A DNA stretch of 64,000 bases from Candidatus Bathyarchaeota archaeon (GTDB taxonomy: Archaea > Thermoproteota > Bathyarchaeia > Bathyarchaeales > Bathycorpusculaceae), in contig OY970176.1 of the NCBI GenBank assembly GCA_963707955.1, positions 160,001 to 224,000 on the forward strand. The letters are read 5' to 3'. Every line of letters starts with the position of its first letter. Positions within the stretch are counted from its first letter, which is position 1. The notes beneath the pieces were generated by a model. It did no database searches and was not told where the DNA came from. It saw nothing but the letters and a program-made list of their open reading frames with translations. Both the position numbers and the translations under genes were made by a program. This document shows positions 59,772 to 64,000 of this stretch, piece after piece.

Positions 59772-60426
59772 ATGAAGCTAGTCATCTTTGGTCCTCCAGG
59801 TTCGGGGAAGGGCACGTATGCCTCGCGCTTACAGACAAGGCTAGGCATTGACATCATTGCAACAGGAGACATTCTTCGAGAGATCATGAGAGAGGATACC
59901 CCGTTGGGAAGGAAAGTCAAAGGTTTCGTAGAGAAGGGTCAGCTGGTTCCCGACGACGTAGTTATTCAAGTCCTTAAACAACGCTTGGACAAGTCTTCCG
60001 GCGAGAAAGGTTTCATCTTGGATGGCTTCCCGCGGACTATTGAGCAGGCCAAGGCTTTGGAGAAGTTTGTCAAGATCGATGGTGTCATTCAGCTGACGGT
60101 GCCTGACTGGATAATCATAGAGCGCTTGTCAAGCCGCAGAATATGCAAGAGACTGTGGAGAAGTGTATAACATACGCTTCTTGAAGCCCAAAGTCGAGGG
60201 GATATGTGACAAGTGCAGAGGGCAACTTTACCAGCGTTCTGACGACATGCCGGATGTGATCAAGGGCCGTATAGGCGTCTATGAACGTCAGACTGAACCC
60301 ATATTGCAGTACTATAAAGAGAAAGGGGTTCCGTTTGCAGAGTTTAAGTGTGAGTCCCTTGAACTGCCGCCTGAAGTGGCCGTTGATAGCATCCTTAAGC
60401 AGATAAGACAGTTGAAGCTAGCCTGA
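59772..60426 (+). CDS. adk: Adenylate kinase with Zn LID, split by a 1-nt insertion near 60150
   Basis: GPPGSGKGT, LDGFPRT, RRIC..CGEVYN...CDKC...QRSDD. Confidence 0.92.
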
Positions 60427-60581
60427 CTAGTGTCAAGCCATCCTGAGCACAACGCAGCAGCTGTCGTGTTCTACCCTACGTTTTCGAAATCAAAAACGTG
60501 CGATGGGTTAGCAGTAATGGTGAAGCTTGGCTACACATCTTTCGTTTTCCTCTTTTGCAGAACGTTTTCTTCCTCGGCGAC

Positions 60582-60956
60582 TCAAATATCAGTTGCGCCG
60601 ATTTTCTTCTTGAATTCCTCAATCAGGCGTTCAGCCGTTTGCTTTCTTTCTTCCTCGTGTTTTTTCAAAAGAGTGACATGATCTTTATCATCTATGAAAG
60701 GCGGAATCTCGCTGGCAAAGGGCCATTTGACGGAGGCCTCAGTACCTTTTTCCGTCTCCGTGAATACAAACTCAATCTCCAACGCTTTCCCCACCCATCC
60801 GGGGCTGTATTCGATCAGCAAGTAGCGCGGGGGTACTTCTTTTTTCACGACCACGTTTTTTAGTCCTACTTCACTCAAGGCATTCTTAACCAGAGAAGAG
60901 CACTCTTCAATGGGTGTGCTAAGCAGATACTTGCCCTCAAGAAACTTTAGCCGCAT
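60582..60956 (-). CDS. Hypothetical protein
   Basis: 124-aa ORF with GGAGA upstream. Confidence 0.65.
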   Translation of the reverse strand: MRLKFLEGKYLLSTPIEECSSLVKNALSEVGLKNVVVKKEVPPRYLLIEYSPGWVGKALEIEFVFTETEKGTEASVKWPFASEIPPFIDDKDHVTLLKKHEEERKQTAERLIEEFKKKIGATDI

Positions 60957-61148
60957 TTCTCAAATTCTCCTTGGGCCTATTTGCCGTATTTTTCTGATAA
61001 ACCTTGTTCTGCAGATTCCACTTTATTCTCTAAGAACATTGGTGTTTTTCACAAAGTCACTCTTCACAACGTCGGAACAGGCAAGTGCGTTACCATTACA
61101 ATGCATGGCCTCGTGAATGCTAGGCTAAAATTCAAGAGGGTGACTATG

Positions 61149-61943
61149 CTAAAGCTCAGCGACTTCTTTCTTTCTTATGCCAAGTTTTTCAGCGGCATCT
61201 GCAAATTCCTTTGTTGATTTTGGGCGGAAGATTATTTTGTTTGAGTGGAGCCTCGTTGCAAGTGACGTTATCCAGATTCGTGTTGACAATGGGTCCAGTA
61301 AGGAGATCGTGATCTGATCTTCCTTTTTCGGACGTACTGAAGGTATTGTCCAGAAACCTAGCAGGCGACGTTTGTTTTCCTGATTGATGCTGTACCCAAA
61401 AATCTGGTTCTGTTTATAGTGCTTATGAAAGTTTAGGAATGGGACTTCGACATAGAAGCCTTCGTTTGACAAGCATATTTTGACGTAGGCTAGGGCGAAT
61501 GAGAAGAAGACAGCGGCGACTGTTATTCCTATTACAACTGAGTAGAGCCATGGAAAGCTCTGAAAGTAAAAGGGTGCCTGAGAAATGGTGGCCAGTATGG
61601 GGGCCCAGAAGAGGAAGACCCATCTTCCCCCGACGTTCTGTTCAAATTGAATGGCTTCTAGGTAGGAAAGCTGTTTCCTTCTGTAGTTCGAGTGCAGGAT
61701 TAGCATAGTGCCGAGTAGAATCGGTATCGGTGCGTACATGAGCGCTGGGTGCGCGTATAATGGAGCGGTAACCAGCACATCTCCATACACGAAGTAGTTT
61801 GAGGGTTGTGTGATGTTGACCTTCCAGAGCCCACCTTCTGCGACTGGATAATCCGCGCTCACTGTCTCGTTTTGCATTTGCATGACACATGTTCCGTTCG
61901 GTGCGACAATCGTGACAGTGACTGGTTCAATCGGGCCCGCCAT
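61149..61943 (-). CDS. Membrane protein, possibly 5'-truncated
   Basis: Beta-rich N-part without a signal peptide, three TM helices, PH-like tail. Confidence 0.6.
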   Translation of the reverse strand: MAGPIEPVTVTIVAPNGTCVMQMQNETVSADYPVAEGGLWKVNITQPSNYFVYGDVLVTAPLYAHPALMYAPIPILLGTMLILHSNYRRKQLSYLEAIQFEQNVGGRWVFLFWAPILATISQAPFYFQSFPWLYSVVIGITVAAVFFSFALAYVKICLSNEGFYVEVPFLNFHKHYKQNQIFGYSINQENKRRLLGFWTIPSVRPKKEDQITISLLDPLSTRIWITSLATRLHSNKIIFRPKSTKEFADAAEKLGIRKKEVAEL

Positions 61944-62438
61944 CCACGGATCGCATTAGCGCGCTGTCTTGTCTCAAAATTCGCTGAAAACGCTTTTTCA
62001 AAGCATATACAAAAAGCATATACATTTTCATGTATCGTGTATATACAGTCAACGAGCAATGTTGAAAACGGTGGCACGGTTCATGTTGGATTCGGAGCCG
62101 TGTGGACTGTCCAGGTGGGCGCGTACAATAAAGGGGCAAGACAGCGCCCTACGTAATGCCCCTTTCTTTCTCCATTTTATAGCTTCCTAAGCGTCTTTGA
62201 GCAAACCTTCAATTGGACTTTTCAGAATCAAACGTGCCAAGTCCAACTAGCGCCTCATCTTACTCACAGGTTGGTTCATTGCTGTTGTTTTTATGATTGC
62301 TCTATCCCGAAACCTAAAGCATCTTGTAAGACCCTTCTGCGCGCGCGAGCCAAGTGGTGCGACGCGACATACGTTTTACGTTTGGACACAAAATATTATA
62401 TATTAAGTCAAATGTAAAACAGCCTTGGGGGGGATGCT

Positions 62439-64000
62439 GTGGCTTCCTTCATGCATCAGCGCGGTAAAGTTTTTGGGATCGTGCTGTGCGTCTTGTTGGT
62501 CTTGTCCGTTTATCCTGGAATCGTGGGCGTGGTGAGTGAACTGTTCGGGAGCGGCTTTATCGAATCGATGAAACTGTCCGGTCGGTCTGGCCCGAGCAGT
62601 GAGAATCGGTTTGCGATGGGCGACACGATCAACGTTTCAGCCACGGTCACGCTTGGCAACTTCTACCAGTTGAACGTGTACGACAACAGCGACCGCTTGG
62701 TCTTTGAGGAGGACGGGGTGATGAAAGACTCCCACGTTAACGCCGCCGTGCCTATCCTTCCACCGTCCTTCAACGCGAGCCAAGCCTACAGCCTGGTCCT
62801 CGACGAGGGCGTCGTCAACACCCCTCTTCTCGGCGTGGGCGCCTATGACTCTTCCTCCACGGCCTTCACGGTCGTCCAGAGCCTGACGAACCTGAACCTA
62901 ACGTCAAGCTACAACGCGGTCACCCACGAGCTTCGAGCGGTGGTCCTCCTCACCACCAACGACTCTGTGCCCGTAGTAAACGAAACGGTCAGCCTCTACG
63001 TGCAGCCCGACTTGGACGTAGCCCTAAACAACAGGGGATGGATCTGCCTCGGCCAGTCCATGACGGACGCGAACGGAACAGCCCTGTTTGACGTTGCCGT
63101 CAACGCGAAAGGCGGCGCCTACGGGCTGCAGGCAAGGTTTGCAGGAGACAACAACTTCGAAGCATCCACGTCCCAGAACGCCACTCGGTTCGTTGAAGTC
63201 TCGCCAGCGCCGCTCCTACACATAGTAAACGTCCAGAGGGTTAAAAACGCCGTGACCACGCTTCTACAAGTCACCGACACGTACGGTTTTCCCCTCGGAG
63301 GAAGACTCATCAAGTACGAAGACTTAACCTCGGGTGAAGAACCCGTGTACGCGATCAGCAACGGCACTGGCTACGCCACCATAACCTTCAACGTCAACGC
63401 TTCCCTAAGCCTCGTCAACTCGAGACTCACAGTGCTGACAGACCCCTACACTTCAGAGCTTCAGGCCCTTGCAACGCTGAACCTGACGGGGCTAAACCCG
63501 TCCTTTGAAGCCCCGTCCGGCACGACCGGGGCTGAAGGACTGATATTAGGCGCCGCAGCCAAAGCGCCAGCTGACAACGCTTCTATCATGGACAGTCCGA
63601 CCTCTCCGGCGAGTGCGGGCTTGAACCAGACGGCCGTGAAATCCGCCGTCGTCCACGCAGCAAGCGACCTCCCCAGCATTAGTGTGAGCTTGAACAAGAA
63701 CCCAGCAGAGGCTGATCTGCCCGAAACATTCACAGTTCAGTTCGAATCGTCCACGTATCTCGGCGCGGTTCAGTTTAACTTTTACGAGAATGACTCCAAA
63801 CCACTCGGGTCGGCTGGAGCCACCGAAAAGACCTATCGTTTTCCCAACGACAACGGCGGTTTTACTTTCATATACAACTACTCGGGAAGTCTTGTGTGGG
63901 AACCGGACTATTATGGTGGATGCTGGCTCTTCGTGAACGCCACGAACTCCGGCGGGCTGGTAGCTCAGGGTTCCAGCGCCTCGTTCGTCATAAATCCTGC
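62439..64000 (+). CDS. Large secreted/surface glycoprotein with Ig-like domains; 3'-partial, absent from the ORF track
   Basis: Frame open from GTG 62439/ATG 62451 to the window end; signal-like IVLCVLLVLSV; TDANGTA and ARFAGDNNFEAS Big-like motifs; many NxS/T sequons. Confidence 0.85.
   Translation, partial: MASFMHQRGKVFGIVLCVLLVLSVYPGIVGVVSELFGSGFIESMKLSGRSGPSSENRFAMGDTINVSATVTLGNFYQLNVYDNSDRLVFEEDGVMKDSHVNAAVPILPPSFNASQAYSLVLDEGVVNTPLLGVGAYDSSSTAFTVVQSLTNLNLTSSYNAVTHELRAVVLLTTNDSVPVVNETVSLYVQPDLDVALNNRGWICLGQSMTDANGTALFDVAVNAKGGAYGLQARFAGDNNFEASTSQNATRFVEVSPAPLLHIVNVQRVKNAVTTLLQVTDTYGFPLGGRLIKYEDLTSGEEPVYAISNGTGYATITFNVNASLSLVNSRLTVLTDPYTSELQALATLNLTGLNPSFEAPSGTTGAEGLILGAAAKAPADNASIMDSPTSPASAGLNQTAVKSAVVHAASDLPSISVSLNKNPAEADLPETFTVQFESSTYLGAVQFNFYENDSKPLGSAGATEKTYRFPNDNGGFTFIYNYSGSLVWEPDYYGGCWLFVNATNSGGLVAQGSSASFVINP

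Noticed and set aside
15090-60160. Five single-base frameshifts (lplA ~15098, permease ~34260, membrane protein ~42067, NIPSNAP-like ~49262, adk ~60150) as programmed frameshifting or pseudogenes
   Set aside because: Three lie in short homopolymers, both halves are otherwise intact, adk is normally essential and no shared slippery motif is visible. Assembly indels are the simplest explanation; read inspection would settle it.
237-63733. Many antisense or overlapping ORFs in the track (e.g. 6729-7403, 27099-27944, 44301-44918, 63119-63367)
   Set aside because: Shadows of well-supported genes on the opposite strand or frame, with no recognisable motifs.

Overview
Archaeal chromosome segment, most likely Bathyarchaeia or another TACK lineage (inferred from topoisomerase IB, the PoK/PPS CoA pathway, CTP-dependent riboflavin kinase and LipS1/LipS2). 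1-6.3 kb is one end of an integrated virus/plasmid-like element (helicase-like ATPase, second P-loop ATPase, minimal tyrosine recombinase) abutting the 5' side of tRNA-Ala(GGC). 6.6-28.7 kb is mostly housekeeping: topo IB, cysS, lplA, dinB, ribK and a seven-gene CoA biosynthesis operon. 28.8-32.8 kb is an islet of co-oriented orphan genes, including HEPN-like and PD-(D/E)xK nuclease candidates. 33-46 kb and 58-60.4 kb carry ABC/ECF transport, lipoate synthesis and acyl-CoA metabolism. The most interesting region is the 46-57.8 kb island. It opens with a decayed remnant resembling a stand-alone Cas1 C-terminus, with no CRISPR array. It also contains an orphan tRNA-Leu 3' fragment and a 19-bp palindrome-containing repeat found next to both the Cas1-like stop and the tRNA fragment. 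A recurring ~25-bp site separates its cargo genes (GNATs, flavoprotein, STAND-like ATPase, TPR protein), suggesting a cassette-accumulating locus. Five single-base frameshifts, one in adk, look like assembly errors. All family calls come from motif recognition by eye; no database search was run.
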